Below are positions 1 through 10,040 of a stretch of 64,000 nt of DNA, piece after piece. Position 1 is the first letter of the stretch. Every line of letters starts with the position of its first letter. The DNA comes from Waddliaceae bacterium. Its GTDB lineage: Bacteria; Chlamydiota; Chlamydiia; Chlamydiales; SLFE01. A model generated the notes under the pieces. It saw nothing but the letters and a program-made list of their open reading frames with translations, had not been told where the DNA came from and did no database searches. Location: NCBI GenBank assembly GCA_963783885.1, contig CAWAPJ010000028.1, positions 1-64,000 of the forward strand, read 5' to 3'. A program made the position numbers and the translations under genes.

Positions 1-693
1 ATCGTAATCTAGTTGCAGGCAGAGCGAGGGCACCACCATTTGATAGCTGAAAGTCGCCAAAATTATGGAGAAAATGCCCAATCCTTCCCTCCAAGCAGGG
101 CGAAAAGCGAGGTTGGCCATATCTATATGCCCTGATCCGAGTCCGACAAGGAAAAAGTATGTCGTGACAAGCCCGATCATGAACAAAAAGTTCAAATTTC
201 CTACAGTTTTGGCCCCAAGCCATATCAACGAACCGAAAATGAGTGTGAAGATTACACAGCATACATCATAACTGAGGTTCATTCCCAAATGGATTTCGGC
301 CTGGTTTCCGATGAGTTGCGCGCCTCCGGCGGTATAGGCGATCAAAGATGTATAATTCATGAAAAGGTAAACTATCATCGCTAAAATTCTGGTGCCATTT
401 CCTACCAGTATGCGGGATAAAGAAGAAAAGTGCGTCTCGTTTTTAATCCAAAGCGTGGCTTCAACAAGAAGCAGCCCCGTATAAGTCATAAACATCCAGC
501 AAATCAGAAGTCCAAAAAAAGAAAGAACAAAACCGGTTCCTCCAGTTTGAACTGGCATGGCCAACATGCCTCCTCCGATACATGTGCCCGAAACAAGAAG
601 GGTTACGGCCCAAAATGAACTTTTGCCCGATTCATTTACAACGGATTGATTAAGGTCCTGGTTGATAGGTTGAGTTGTTGCTGTAGAGCTCAT
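1..693 (-). CDS. Aromatic amino acid permease (TyrP/Mtr, HAAAP family), 3' part outside window
   Basis: Not in ORF track (runs off the edge). Manual translation from ATG at 693: MSSTATTQPINQDLNQSVVNESGKSSFWAVTLLVSGTCIGGGMLAMPVQTGGTGF, with the GTxIGxGMLAMP signature; starts 7 nt after the arginase stop. Confidence 0.85.
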   Translation of the reverse strand, partial: MSSTATTQPINQDLNQSVVNESGKSSFWAVTLLVSGTCIGGGMLAMPVQTGGTGFVLSFFGLLICWMFMTYTGLLLVEATLWIKNETHFSSLSRILVGNGTRILAMIVYLFMNYTSLIAYTAGGAQLIGNQAEIHLGMNLSYDVCCVIFTLIFGSLIWLGAKTVGNLNFLFMIGLVTTYFFLVGLGSGHIDMANLAFRPAWREGLGIFSIILATFSYQMVVPSLCLQLDYD

Positions 694-699
694 AAGTAT

Positions 700-1599
700 T
701 TATAGAGGGGTTAATTGTTTTGTTAAAGTGCCTTGTTTCTGTAGAGACAAAGTATCAAGAAGAGCCAAAGGTTTGAGAAGATTTTTAATAAAACACAGTG
801 TTTCCCCATCCTTGTCGAGAAGCGGATTGTATTCCACAAGTTCAAACGCAGCCGGGGGATTATCTACGAAAAATTCCATCGCAGCGATGGCCTCCTCGCC
901 GTGAACACCATTAGGCACAGGCGTTCCTGTTCCCTTGCAGAAAGCCGGGTCGACCATATCCAGATCGAAGCTAACCCCATAGGCGGCTGTTCTTTCCGAA
1001 AGGATGTCTACGGCCTCTTTAAGAATGCAGTTCAGCCCCCGTTCGAATACCTCTTGGATAAAATATACCTTGACTCCAAGCTGTTTTGCCAGCTGCAGTT
1101 CCGCATCCTCAAAACTTCTTATGCCGATCAGAACGACATTCTGTGGTTTGACTTTAGGCTTTTCGCTCAAAATGGTTGTGAGGCGGCTGTCGCCATATCC
1201 CATTAGCGCTGCAAGGGGCATACCGTGGATATTGCCTGATTCACTTGTTTTGTGGGTGTGCATGTCCATATGGGCATCCATCCAGATCAGGCCAAGGCCG
1301 CCTGATTTTCTGTATCTCTTTGCAACTCCCGACCAAGTGCCGAGTGCTGTCGAGTGGTCGCCTCCGAAGGAAAAGAAGAATGGTGTTTCATAAGAAAGGT
1401 TCAAAGCTTCTTCAGCGTACTTGCTGTTAATGTTTGCGATATAGTCGAATTTGTCGCTTTCTATTTCATTCGCACTGACAATTTTTCTCCATGTCAGATT
1501 GGGGAAGCCAAGGTTTTTTTTCAAAAACTCTGGAGCTTCTCCGGAACCAAATATTCCTGCGCCTATTCCTGAACTCAATCCAATACAGTAGTGTTTCAT
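700..1599 (-). CDS. Arginase (ureohydrolase family)
   Basis: Motifs GGDHS, DAHMD, SGNIHGMP, SFDLDMVDP, GTGTP; likely start is MKHYC (ATG 1599) rather than TTG 1683. Confidence 0.9.
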   Translation of the reverse strand: MKHYCIGLSSGIGAGIFGSGEAPEFLKKNLGFPNLTWRKIVSANEIESDKFDYIANINSKYAEEALNLSYETPFFFSFGGDHSTALGTWSGVAKRYRKSGGLGLIWMDAHMDMHTHKTSESGNIHGMPLAALMGYGDSRLTTILSEKPKVKPQNVVLIGIRSFEDAELQLAKQLGVKVYFIQEVFERGLNCILKEAVDILSERTAAYGVSFDLDMVDPAFCKGTGTPVPNGVHGEEAIAAMEFFVDNPPAAFELVEYNPLLDKDGETLCFIKNLLKPLALLDTLSLQKQGTLTKQLTPL

Positions 1600-1764
1600 C
1601 GTTTGTCTTTTTTTAATTAAATAAAAATGAAAGCTTACTCCAGTCGTTTTTTTAACACAATTAAAAAAATTTTTTTGACACAAATCAAAATGAAAAACAT
1701 GGACTTAATTGTTTCATGATGACTATAATTTTTCGCATGAACAATTTATAAAAAGGGGTTCATT

Positions 1765-2655
1765 ATGACAATCGCTATTGAAGAAAATACGGAAATATCC
1801 ACTCCTTCTACGTCCAGCTCATCCTATGAGCAGTTTATAAAAAATTGCAGCCTCGAAGCGCATTGCCTACCTTTGAACATTCGCGAGCAGCTTTATAATT
1901 TTAAAACCAACGGCAATCAAGATGGCTATCTTTTATTTGAAGGGCTTCCCGCAAATAAAAGCGAATATTGTCTTACCATATATGGAAGTTTACTTGGAGA
2001 GCCTTACAGTTATGTCCAAGAAGGCGACGGCAAACTTTATCACGACATAACCCCTTTTAAAACCCATGAGAACGATATCTCTTCGAAAAGCTCTTTGGTT
2101 ACGCTTGATTTTCACACCGAGCTGGTCTTCCATCACTTCATTCCAGACTACTTGTTGTTATTCTGCATCCGCGGAGACAGAAACCGCGAGGCAAAAACTT
2201 ATGTCTCTTCAATCCGATCCTGCTACGAAGAGATACCACCTGAAACTAGGCAGATATTGAGGAAGCCTATTTATTTTACCGGGATAGACCATTCTTTCGG
2301 GAACTTAGATACTATCGCTGGAAACGGCAAACCTGTACCTATACTTTATGGAGACCCTATGGATCCTTTTCTTAATTTCGATCCCGATATGATGGAGTGC
2401 GATCTTGAGGAGGGGCATGAGGCGATCTCAACGCTGAAGGAGATTCTTTATCATCATAAGGCGACACTGATACTTGAACCAGGAGAACTTCTCATGATCG
2501 ATAATAAACGCGCCGTACATGGCAGAACATCTTTCAGGCCGTTCTATGACGGCAGGGATCGTTTCCTGAAACGGCTTTTCATCACAAAAGACCTCACGAG
2601 AGCACAGGAAGTGTTTTCTAAAAAAGAAAGAATTATAACCTATAAATTTTCTTAG
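1765..2655 (+). CDS. Fe(II)/2-oxoglutarate dioxygenase, clavaminate synthase-like (TauD/TfdA superfamily)
   Basis: LDFHTE (HxE), PDYLLLFCIRGD, IDNKRAVHGRTSF, DGRDRFLKR motifs. Confidence 0.85.
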   Translation: MTIAIEENTEISTPSTSSSSYEQFIKNCSLEAHCLPLNIREQLYNFKTNGNQDGYLLFEGLPANKSEYCLTIYGSLLGEPYSYVQEGDGKLYHDITPFKTHENDISSKSSLVTLDFHTELVFHHFIPDYLLLFCIRGDRNREAKTYVSSIRSCYEEIPPETRQILRKPIYFTGIDHSFGNLDTIAGNGKPVPILYGDPMDPFLNFDPDMMECDLEEGHEAISTLKEILYHHKATLILEPGELLMIDNKRAVHGRTSFRPFYDGRDRFLKRLFITKDLTRAQEVFSKKERIITYKFS

Positions 2656-2658
2656 AAG

Positions 2659-3531
2659 ATGAGAAATAAACTAGCTGGGCTCTATTTGCTGACCGTCGCC
2701 GCCCTCTGGGGATTGACGTTTCCTCTTATCGAACTCACAGTCGGTAAAATAGACCCCTATTTGTTCGTTTCCTTAAGGTTTACGCTTGCAGCCCTTCCGC
2801 TGATTCCCTATTTTTTAAAAAATTTAAATAAAACCAGCTTTCGTGTCGGCGCCGCATTGGGCGTGATGCATTGCGGAGCCTTTTTATTTCAGACGATCGG
2901 GGTGCAGACCTTGAACGCTTCAAGGGCGGCATTTCTAACAGGAATCTATGTTTTGATGATCCCTTTTATGTCCCCATTTTTAAAAATGGGTTTTCCCAAG
3001 GTCAACGACTTGATCAGCGGCGCGGTTTGCTGTGGCGGCGTGTATATCCTGACTGAATGCAACATTGGTGCTTTTTCATTAGGCGATACGTGGATATTAG
3101 TCGCGGATTTTTTCATCGCGGCATCGATTATCTATATCGGCAAGCATTCTCAAGATGACATGGATCCTAACATGTTGGCCTATGGCCAAATCGTGATGAC
3201 CGGTCTTTTTTCTTGGGTCCCGACGTTTATATTTTCGGAGTTCAATTTTGTCTCGTTGAGATACCCTACGGTTTTGACCTCACTATTTGTCTGCAGTTTT
3301 CTTGCGACGATTCTGGCAATCAAGCTGCAATCCAAATATCAAAGATATGTATCGATTCAAAGTACTGCGCTTATCTTTAGTTTAGAACCTGTCTTTGCGG
3401 CGGTTTTCGATACGCTGATCACTAGGACACCTCCCAAAATTTATACACTGATAGGAGGACTGATAATTTTATCAGGCATCCTCTATCTCGAGTTGTCGAA
3501 AGGCCGTGAAAAAGCAACCGCTGCCAACTAA
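2659..3531 (+). CDS. EamA/DMT family transporter
   Basis: About 10 hydrophobic helices; ALWGLTFP, SLRFTLA, SLEPVFAA motifs; 3 nt after the dioxygenase stop. Confidence 0.9.
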   Translation: MRNKLAGLYLLTVAALWGLTFPLIELTVGKIDPYLFVSLRFTLAALPLIPYFLKNLNKTSFRVGAALGVMHCGAFLFQTIGVQTLNASRAAFLTGIYVLMIPFMSPFLKMGFPKVNDLISGAVCCGGVYILTECNIGAFSLGDTWILVADFFIAASIIYIGKHSQDDMDPNMLAYGQIVMTGLFSWVPTFIFSEFNFVSLRYPTVLTSLFVCSFLATILAIKLQSKYQRYVSIQSTALIFSLEPVFAAVFDTLITRTPPKIYTLIGGLIILSGILYLELSKGREKATAAN

Positions 3532-3764
3532 TATATTTGATTTTAGAGCGAATTGCAAAACTAAGAGATAAAATATAATTATTTTTTGTGCCCCTACATG
3601 TATTTGAAAATATTTCCCATGAGAAATTACCAACAAATATACCCCTGCTTTGCGATGATAGAACGTTATGGCGTTGTTCTCTAAAAGGCCATTCTCGGGA
3701 GTTTCCCATCTCTTCAAAAATCCACAATACCGAGACATCTCGCATACATAAAATATTCTATAGA

Positions 3765-3788
3765 GGCAGCCGGGCTTATCCGGCTGCC
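3765..3788. terminator. GC-rich hairpin between convergent eamA and merR-type genes
   Basis: GGCAGCCGG-gcttat-CCGGCTGCC followed on + by GGTTGTTTTT. Confidence 0.55.
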
Positions 3789-3800
3789 GGTTGTTTTTGG

Positions 3801-4559
3801 TTATAGTTCCGTTTTAGCAAATTCCTGAATTCCTTCAGCTATGAATTCAGGCAGATGGGCATGGTAGGCCTCATAGAATTTCTTAAGGTCGCTCTCAAGG
3901 ATCAGCTGGGCGTGAGCGGCATAGGTCTCCTTATTCGGAGTCCAAAACTGCTTTAGGCATTGAAAGTGCCGCGAGATGACTTGTTTCACCTCGTCCGATC
4001 CTGCCTCGTAGTTTTCCTCTAAAAGAGTGGTCAAATCTCGGCAAACTCGATCGGAATCCTGTTTTATTCTTTCCAGATCGGATTCTGACATTTTTTTGAC
4101 ATTTTGCTTTGATTCAACAATATGCTTTTTTCCCTGCTCTCCAAAGCGTTCTATGATTTGTCTCTCATATTCCGCTTGTTGTTCTTTGCTAAAACCGGAG
4201 AATATATCTTCTTTTTTCATTTTCTTAGTTCCCTTTAAATGTTCTATTGTCTTGTCGATGGTCTTAATCAAAGCCTTTGTTTTTTCCAAGTCTTTGAGCA
4301 GCACCTTCCGATGCGTGCCCAAGGCCGCAATTTTATCAAAATCGCTCCTTCCAAGGATTTTTTGAATGCGCTTCAGCTCCATCCCCAGCTCCCTAAAAAA
4401 GAGAACCTGCTGGAGGGTCAAAAGCTGCTCTTCTTCATAGTACCGGTACCCATTGGACCCATAATAAGCCGGTTTTAAAAGTCCGATCTCATCATACCAA
4501 TGGAGCGTCCGGATACTCACCCCCGAAAGCTTAGATATTTGCTTGACTGTGTAGGCCAT
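3801..4559 (-). CDS. MerR family regulator, TipA/Mta type (TipAS C-terminal domain)
   Basis: YTVKQISKLSGVSIRTLHWYDEIGLLKP..GYRYY HTH plus TipAS-like C-terminus. Confidence 0.9.
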   Translation of the reverse strand: MAYTVKQISKLSGVSIRTLHWYDEIGLLKPAYYGSNGYRYYEEEQLLTLQQVLFFRELGMELKRIQKILGRSDFDKIAALGTHRKVLLKDLEKTKALIKTIDKTIEHLKGTKKMKKEDIFSGFSKEQQAEYERQIIERFGEQGKKHIVESKQNVKKMSESDLERIKQDSDRVCRDLTTLLEENYEAGSDEVKQVISRHFQCLKQFWTPNKETYAAHAQLILESDLKKFYEAYHAHLPEFIAEGIQEFAKTEL

Positions 4560-4602
4560 CGTTTATCTCCTTCATATCCCTTTGATTATAAAGGATGACA
4601 CA

Positions 4603-4633
4603 ATAATAAGGAATGACGTAACGTGAGGGTCAA
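4603..4633 (-). promoter_or_regulatory. MerR-type promoter with 19-bp spacer and operator dyad
   Basis: Minus strand TTGACC-ctcacgttacgtcattcct(19)-TATTAT; dyad TCACGT-t-ACGTCA lies in the spacer. Confidence 0.8.
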
Positions 4634-4655
4634 GAGATAAGAATATTTTTTCTGA

Positions 4656-5729
4656 TTACCAGTAGATATATCCCTGCTTCACGAGCAGCTCGGCATTGAG
4701 GACGGCGCATCCCGCAGCGCCCCTTATGGTATTGTGCGACAGAATGGAGAACTTCCAGTCGAAATTGGAACACTCTCTGAGCCTGCCGATGCTGACAGCC
4801 ATGCCGTTTTCTATGTCGCGCTGCTTCCTAGGCTGGGGAAACTGATCTTCGTGAAAATAATGAATTGGATGTTTGGGAGCAGAAGGGAGGCCCAACCCCT
4901 GCGGCTCCCCTTTAAAGTTTTTCCAAAGGTCGATAATATCTTGCTTGATGGCATTTTCCTTGAATTTCACCGAAATATTCTCCAGATGCCCCTCCGAAAC
5001 AGGCACGCGGTTGCATTGAGCGCTGATTTTAAAATCGGCAAGAACAATCCTTTCACCGGTCAGGTTCCCCAGAATTTTTAGAGGTTCAAGTTCTACCTTT
5101 TGCTCTTCTTCGGCAATGTAGGGAATGACATTGTCCTCAACTTCGAGTTTTGCCAGTTTTTGATTGCCGGCGCCCGATATGGCCTGCATTGTCGAAACCT
5201 GGACGGCCTGAATACCGAATTGGTCATAAATGGGTTTGAGAGCCATCGCAAGGCCGATGACCACGCAGTTGGGATTGGTGACGATAAATCCGCTCTCATG
5301 ATGCTTTTGTTTTTCCAGCAGTTGAAAATGGCGGCTATTCACTTCAGGGATGACTAGCGGCACGAGCGGATCCATGCGGTGGCTTTTTGTGTTGGAAATG
5401 ACAGCATAGCCTGCAGCTGCGTACTGCTCCTCAATAGGTCCCGCCACCGAAGAATCCAGGGCTGAGAAGGCAATGGCTGTCTGATGGACAGGTTCAGTTT
5501 TGCTGATGCGTATTTCGGCAATTTCCTCAGGCAGAGCGACGGGCATTTGCCAATCGACAACCTCACCGTATAATTTGCCTACAGAATTTTCAGAAGCGGT
5601 CAGACATTCGATCGTGAACCACGGATGCTCCGCTAAAAGCTGCACGAAGCGCTGGCCGACAAGTCCTGTGGCTCCTAAAATCGAGACCGGAATTTTCTTA
5701 CGATAATAAAACTCTACGTTCATTGTCAT
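4656..5729 (-). CDS. asd: Aspartate-semialdehyde dehydrogenase
   Basis: ILGATGLVGQ, TNPNC, MQAISGAG, CNRVPV, HNTIRGAAG. Confidence 0.95.
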   Translation of the reverse strand: MTMNVEFYYRKKIPVSILGATGLVGQRFVQLLAEHPWFTIECLTASENSVGKLYGEVVDWQMPVALPEEIAEIRISKTEPVHQTAIAFSALDSSVAGPIEEQYAAAGYAVISNTKSHRMDPLVPLVIPEVNSRHFQLLEKQKHHESGFIVTNPNCVVIGLAMALKPIYDQFGIQAVQVSTMQAISGAGNQKLAKLEVEDNVIPYIAEEEQKVELEPLKILGNLTGERIVLADFKISAQCNRVPVSEGHLENISVKFKENAIKQDIIDLWKNFKGEPQGLGLPSAPKHPIHYFHEDQFPQPRKQRDIENGMAVSIGRLRECSNFDWKFSILSHNTIRGAAGCAVLNAELLVKQGYIYW

Positions 5730-7231
5730 TTGGTAATCCTATTTTCAAAGAATTGCATCAGAAGCCTGACCCCGACTCCGGTTGCATATTTCGGACGGTA
5801 GCCGCTGGCCTCGGAAAGGAAGGCGCTGCCGGCAATGTCGAAATGAGCCCAGGGGATATTGGAGACAAATTCCTGCAGAAAAAGAGCGGCTTTAATGGAC
5901 CCGGCGTCTCGGCCGGAGACGTTCTTGAGATCGGCTATATCCGACTTCATTTTCTCCCTGTATTCCTCGATCAAGGGGAATCTGAGCGCGCGCTCATAAG
6001 TTTGCTCTCCTGCCTGAAGGAGCTGCTGCGCCAGCGCGTCGTTATTCGCCATCATTCCGGTATACTCCGATCCCAATGCAACCACCATGGCCCCTGTCAA
6101 TGTCGCCAAGTCGATCACACGCGACGGCTTGATGTTTTTGCAGACAAAAGAAAGCGCGTCTGCAAGAATTAAGCGCCCTTCGGCGTCGGTATTGCCGATC
6201 TCGACGGATTTTCCCGAATAGCTGATGTACACATCGCCTGGCTTATAACTTTTGGAATCAATGCTATTTTCCGCCGTTGGAATGACGATTGTCAGGTTTT
6301 GCTTCAAACGGGTCGCAGCTGCCGCAAGAAGAAGCCCAAAGCATGCCCCCGCGCCCCCCATATCGCATTTCATCGTCAGCATATCTTTTTTAAGATTCAG
6401 GCCTCCGGAATCGTAAGTTACTCCTTTTCCGACAACTGCCGTCACATCTTTAGACTCGGGATCGCCGCGGTACTCGCAAATGATTAATGCCGGACCGACG
6501 GCAGCTCCTCTGCCGACTGCGAGAAGAAGCCCCATTTTCTCTTTTTCCAGCTCTCTTTTGTCGAAAACAGAAGTATTGATAGTCTGAAACTGATCATCCA
6601 AAGCCCTTGCCACATCGACAAGGTATTGCGGGTTGACCTCGTCGGCGTTCCGGTTGACAAGGTCTTGCGTGAGATAAACGCCTTTTGCAATGCTTCTGTA
6701 GTGTTCGGTCTTTTTCAGATCTTCGGGCTCTATCCCGATCAAGGTAACTTCTTTTAAGAGGCCGGAAGACTCTTTTTTCGATTCGTAGCCCTCGAATTGG
6801 TATTGTGCCAGAAGAAGTCCTTCCGCCACCCCCTGGAGCAGATCCTGTTTTGAAAAACTTTGAATATCCGGAAAAAGGATATTGATATGGGCAGCCTTTA
6901 TTTTCTTTGCCTGAATGGCCGCCTTCCCGTAGGCCTGGCGCAGGGTTTCCACGCTCATTTTTTTGGGATCGCCAAGCCCTAAAAGCAAAAAGCGCGGCTC
7001 TTTCTGCCCCGTAGGGTAAAGTAAAAGAGTTTCTCCGCTTCCTCCCGTAAAATCCTTCGTCCTTATCGGATGCTGCAAAAGTCTCTGCAATTTTCCGGCA
7101 ACCGCAACTAGTTCCGGCTTCTTCTTTCCTTGAGTGAAAGGGATAACCAGAAGATCGCCTTTCGCTCTTGCGGAAAGAGAAGCCGTCCTTTTAAATTTTA
7201 GAGGAGTCATTTCAAACCGGCCTGGCTTCAC
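5726..7231 (-). CDS. pepA: Leucyl aminopeptidase (M17)
   Basis: VGKGVTYDSGG, MKCDMGGA, NTDAEGRLILAD, DLATLTGA. Confidence 0.95.
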   Translation of the reverse strand: MKPGRFEMTPLKFKRTASLSARAKGDLLVIPFTQGKKKPELVAVAGKLQRLLQHPIRTKDFTGGSGETLLLYPTGQKEPRFLLLGLGDPKKMSVETLRQAYGKAAIQAKKIKAAHINILFPDIQSFSKQDLLQGVAEGLLLAQYQFEGYESKKESSGLLKEVTLIGIEPEDLKKTEHYRSIAKGVYLTQDLVNRNADEVNPQYLVDVARALDDQFQTINTSVFDKRELEKEKMGLLLAVGRGAAVGPALIICEYRGDPESKDVTAVVGKGVTYDSGGLNLKKDMLTMKCDMGGAGACFGLLLAAAATRLKQNLTIVIPTAENSIDSKSYKPGDVYISYSGKSVEIGNTDAEGRLILADALSFVCKNIKPSRVIDLATLTGAMVVALGSEYTGMMANNDALAQQLLQAGEQTYERALRFPLIEEYREKMKSDIADLKNVSGRDAGSIKAALFLQEFVSNIPWAHFDIAGSAFLSEASGYRPKYATGVGVRLLMQFFENRITK

Positions 7232-7243
7232 AAAAGCACCTCG

Positions 7244-7702
7244 TTAAAATGGGAGATCATCTTCGGCTGCATGATGAGCCGCCATTTCAGGCGCTGCGCC
7301 TTGTGCTGATGGCCCCGGGAACTCATAAGCTTCCTGCTTTTTCTCCGGCTGGGCCTGCGTCTGAGAGTACGCCTCCCCGTTTTGCTGCCCTTTGCCGATT
7401 CGCGGAAACTGAATGTGATGCGCATCCACTTCGAGCTGAACGTGGTTATTTCCGTTTGCATCGGTCCAAATCGTGGGTTTTCTTAAGCTTCCGTTGACAA
7501 TCACTGCCGATCCCTTTTTTAAATGCGACAGAATTTTGTCATAATTATCTCCCCAAACGGCAACGCGGTACCAAATGGTGACCTCTTCGCCGTTTTGCCA
7601 AACATTGACGGCCATTCTGAAATTAGTGACTTTTCGCCCTTGCGGAGTGACGCGGGTTTCGGGGTCGGCCCCCAGATGCCCTTCAAGGATAATCGTATTC
7701 AT
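7244..7702 (-). CDS. ssb: Single-stranded DNA-binding protein
   Basis: OB-fold N-terminus (LEGHLGADPE) and acidic DDLPF tail. Confidence 0.95.
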   Translation of the reverse strand: MNTIILEGHLGADPETRVTPQGRKVTNFRMAVNVWQNGEEVTIWYRVAVWGDNYDKILSHLKKGSAVIVNGSLRKPTIWTDANGNNHVQLEVDAHHIQFPRIGKGQQNGEAYSQTQAQPEKKQEAYEFPGPSAQGAAPEMAAHHAAEDDLPF

Positions 7703-7760
7703 AATTTGTCCTTTGGTTTATGTTTGTTATTCACACCTATGTTGCTATTGATGAGGTTTT

Positions 7761-8594
7761 ATGGCAAGTAGAGAAGAGACGCTTTTGAGAATTCAACGGC
7801 TCAAGAAGCAACTTTCTCAATCCGAGGAATTTCAAAAGGATTTTAAAGAGCTAATAGAGGCGAGGAATACCCTCGAAACTGAAATTGAAACGCTAAAAGA
7901 AGAAGTTGACAAGCTGGAAATCAACAATTTGCTTCCTCACAGCAAAGAAAATTTGCTTCAGGAGTGCCTGGTTAAGCAGCGCGAGATCGACCATCGTCTG
8001 GACAACCTGGAGGAGTGGAGCGACGATAGGATAGCGCATATCCGGGAAGAGCTGGTTTTTCTCATATTAGAAATACGCCCTGAGCAAAAGCAGGTTTATC
8101 AGGACCTTGCGGCCAGCTATCATCAAATTCACGATCTCAAGGGGATTGTAAGCGAAACAGAACACTACTGCAAACAAATTATCGAATCGATTAGCGAGGC
8201 CTTAAGAATCCGAGGCAAGGTCCGAAAAAGAAGTGTTTTCAGCTATATCTTGGGGCCAAATCCCAACGTACTGATTGCAAAACGGCTGCAGCATATCCAT
8301 GAAATTTCTTCTAAAATGGCCGAGGAATTTCCCGATATTGAGAAAAACCCGGCCGCTTCGAAAAATCTCAAAGCTCTCTACGAAGCCCTAGAAAAGCAGC
8401 TAAATGAACTCGCGGTTCACAGCCGATCGCGGTGGGGCTTCAAGACATTGGATACAACGTTCACCGAAGCTAAAAACAACCTCAAACAAATCTTAGAATC
8501 CCACACTCTTGAACAAACTGCCGTGGACGTTAAACTCTGCGCTTGCGAAGAGGACTTAGACCAATGGATTGAAAAAAATAGCAGTGCCGACTAA
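7761..8594 (+). CDS. Hypothetical coiled-coil protein
   Basis: 277-aa helical/charged ORF with GAGG upstream; no recognised motif. Confidence 0.7.
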   Translation: MASREETLLRIQRLKKQLSQSEEFQKDFKELIEARNTLETEIETLKEEVDKLEINNLLPHSKENLLQECLVKQREIDHRLDNLEEWSDDRIAHIREELVFLILEIRPEQKQVYQDLAASYHQIHDLKGIVSETEHYCKQIIESISEALRIRGKVRKRSVFSYILGPNPNVLIAKRLQHIHEISSKMAEEFPDIEKNPAASKNLKALYEALEKQLNELAVHSRSRWGFKTLDTTFTEAKNNLKQILESHTLEQTAVDVKLCACEEDLDQWIEKNSSAD

Positions 8595-8651
8595 AGAAAA
8601 CACATGCGCACCCTAATCATAAAGCAGCCCTTTTACTAATTTTTATCGACT

Positions 8652-9974
8652 TTAAAGACCAAAAGTTCTTTTGAAGAGGCCAAACAATCCGTTCTTTTCG
8701 ATTCGGCTCATTCTTCGAATGGTGTCCGAAAGCCCCCAAAAATAATCTTCTTTTTCAAATGTATCATCCGGTAATTTGCATATTTCCAGGGTTTTATTAT
8801 AAGTGGGAAGCCAATAATTTCTCGCTAAATGGGAGATCATTTTATAATCATCTGAAATTTTTGCAGACACCTCAATCTTATGCTTAACCAGTTCGATGTT
8901 ATTGTTTGTATCGACTCTAGCGTTAAAGGATGAATATAAAGGTATCATGCACTTATCCATATAATGATCCAGGTTATCTCGCAGATCATGTTGGAAATCT
9001 GCTAGTCCATCCTTATATTGAACAAGTTTAGGATCGACTTCTTTCCATACCGCATTTAATCTGCTGATCGATGAACTGAATAAAGCTCCCATAACTGCAC
9101 AAAAAGACTGTAAATTTCCCTGCCTCTTACTCAAAATATGCGTTGAATGCGGTTGAATCGTCTCCAGTTTCTTCATGACTCGAATCCAAAACTCGATGCG
9201 TTTTTTTGCAATTTTTGTCGTCGATGAACTGAGGATGGAAAGCTTGACAAAATCAGAAAGATTGGTTTGATCTCCAGCTATTCTCATGCCCCCTTCTGTT
9301 TTTTTTGTTGGAAATACTTGATGGGCTTCGCGAAGATGCTGAAAAACAGTCAAATCATAAGAAGTGATTATTCTAGCCATATCTCTTGCAGCACTCGCTG
9401 AGTTTTTATCAATGATTTTGCTGACCTGCCCATTAAATGCTTCAAGATCTAAATCCTCATTTTGATTGACAAGAGGCTTAAAATTTCTAAGTTCAGTATT
9501 ATAATGGTCCAATCCTTGAAGCTGTTTTTTTTTAACGCCGGATGAGCTACTTTCTCCATTATCTGAAATGCCGTAAAAACCATAACCATTTTCCAATCTA
9601 TTTTTTAACCAGGCTGCTTGGGGGCGGTCTTTGCCTTGATCGATCGCATTCGTGATCACTTTTTTCTCATCTTTAGAAAGAAATGGATATCCTTTTATCA
9701 AAAGAAAACCTTCTTCCAGACATGAATTTGGCCGATTGTATTGCTGCAAGGCTTTCCCGACAAGCCCTTGTAGGAATTCGGTATTTGTATCAATTTTTTC
9801 GACCGGATTCATTTGTACATTTGCGCTGATGCGAATATGTTCATGGGATTTTTGAGCCGCCGATCCTTCCAGGTTTTTCCAAAAAGAGAGAAGATCATGA
9901 TAGTTCTTTTTCGGAGCATCTACTTTCATGGGTTGCTCATTTTTATTTTGATTATAAATACGTATTGAGCTCAT
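8652..9974 (-). CDS. RasGEF (CDC25)-like domain protein, candidate effector
   Basis: AKKRIEFWIRVMKKL...GNLQSFCAVMGALFSSSISRLNAVWKEV...CMIPLY matches the RasGEF core pattern. Confidence 0.65.
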   Translation of the reverse strand: MSSIRIYNQNKNEQPMKVDAPKKNYHDLLSFWKNLEGSAAQKSHEHIRISANVQMNPVEKIDTNTEFLQGLVGKALQQYNRPNSCLEEGFLLIKGYPFLSKDEKKVITNAIDQGKDRPQAAWLKNRLENGYGFYGISDNGESSSSGVKKKQLQGLDHYNTELRNFKPLVNQNEDLDLEAFNGQVSKIIDKNSASAARDMARIITSYDLTVFQHLREAHQVFPTKKTEGGMRIAGDQTNLSDFVKLSILSSSTTKIAKKRIEFWIRVMKKLETIQPHSTHILSKRQGNLQSFCAVMGALFSSSISRLNAVWKEVDPKLVQYKDGLADFQHDLRDNLDHYMDKCMIPLYSSFNARVDTNNNIELVKHKIEVSAKISDDYKMISHLARNYWLPTYNKTLEICKLPDDTFEKEDYFWGLSDTIRRMSRIEKNGLFGLFKRTFGL

Positions 9975-10040
9975 AGGACTATCTCCTCTTTTGATAAGCT
10001 AATTTCAATAGTAATTTTAGGAAATTAAGAAACGATTAAG

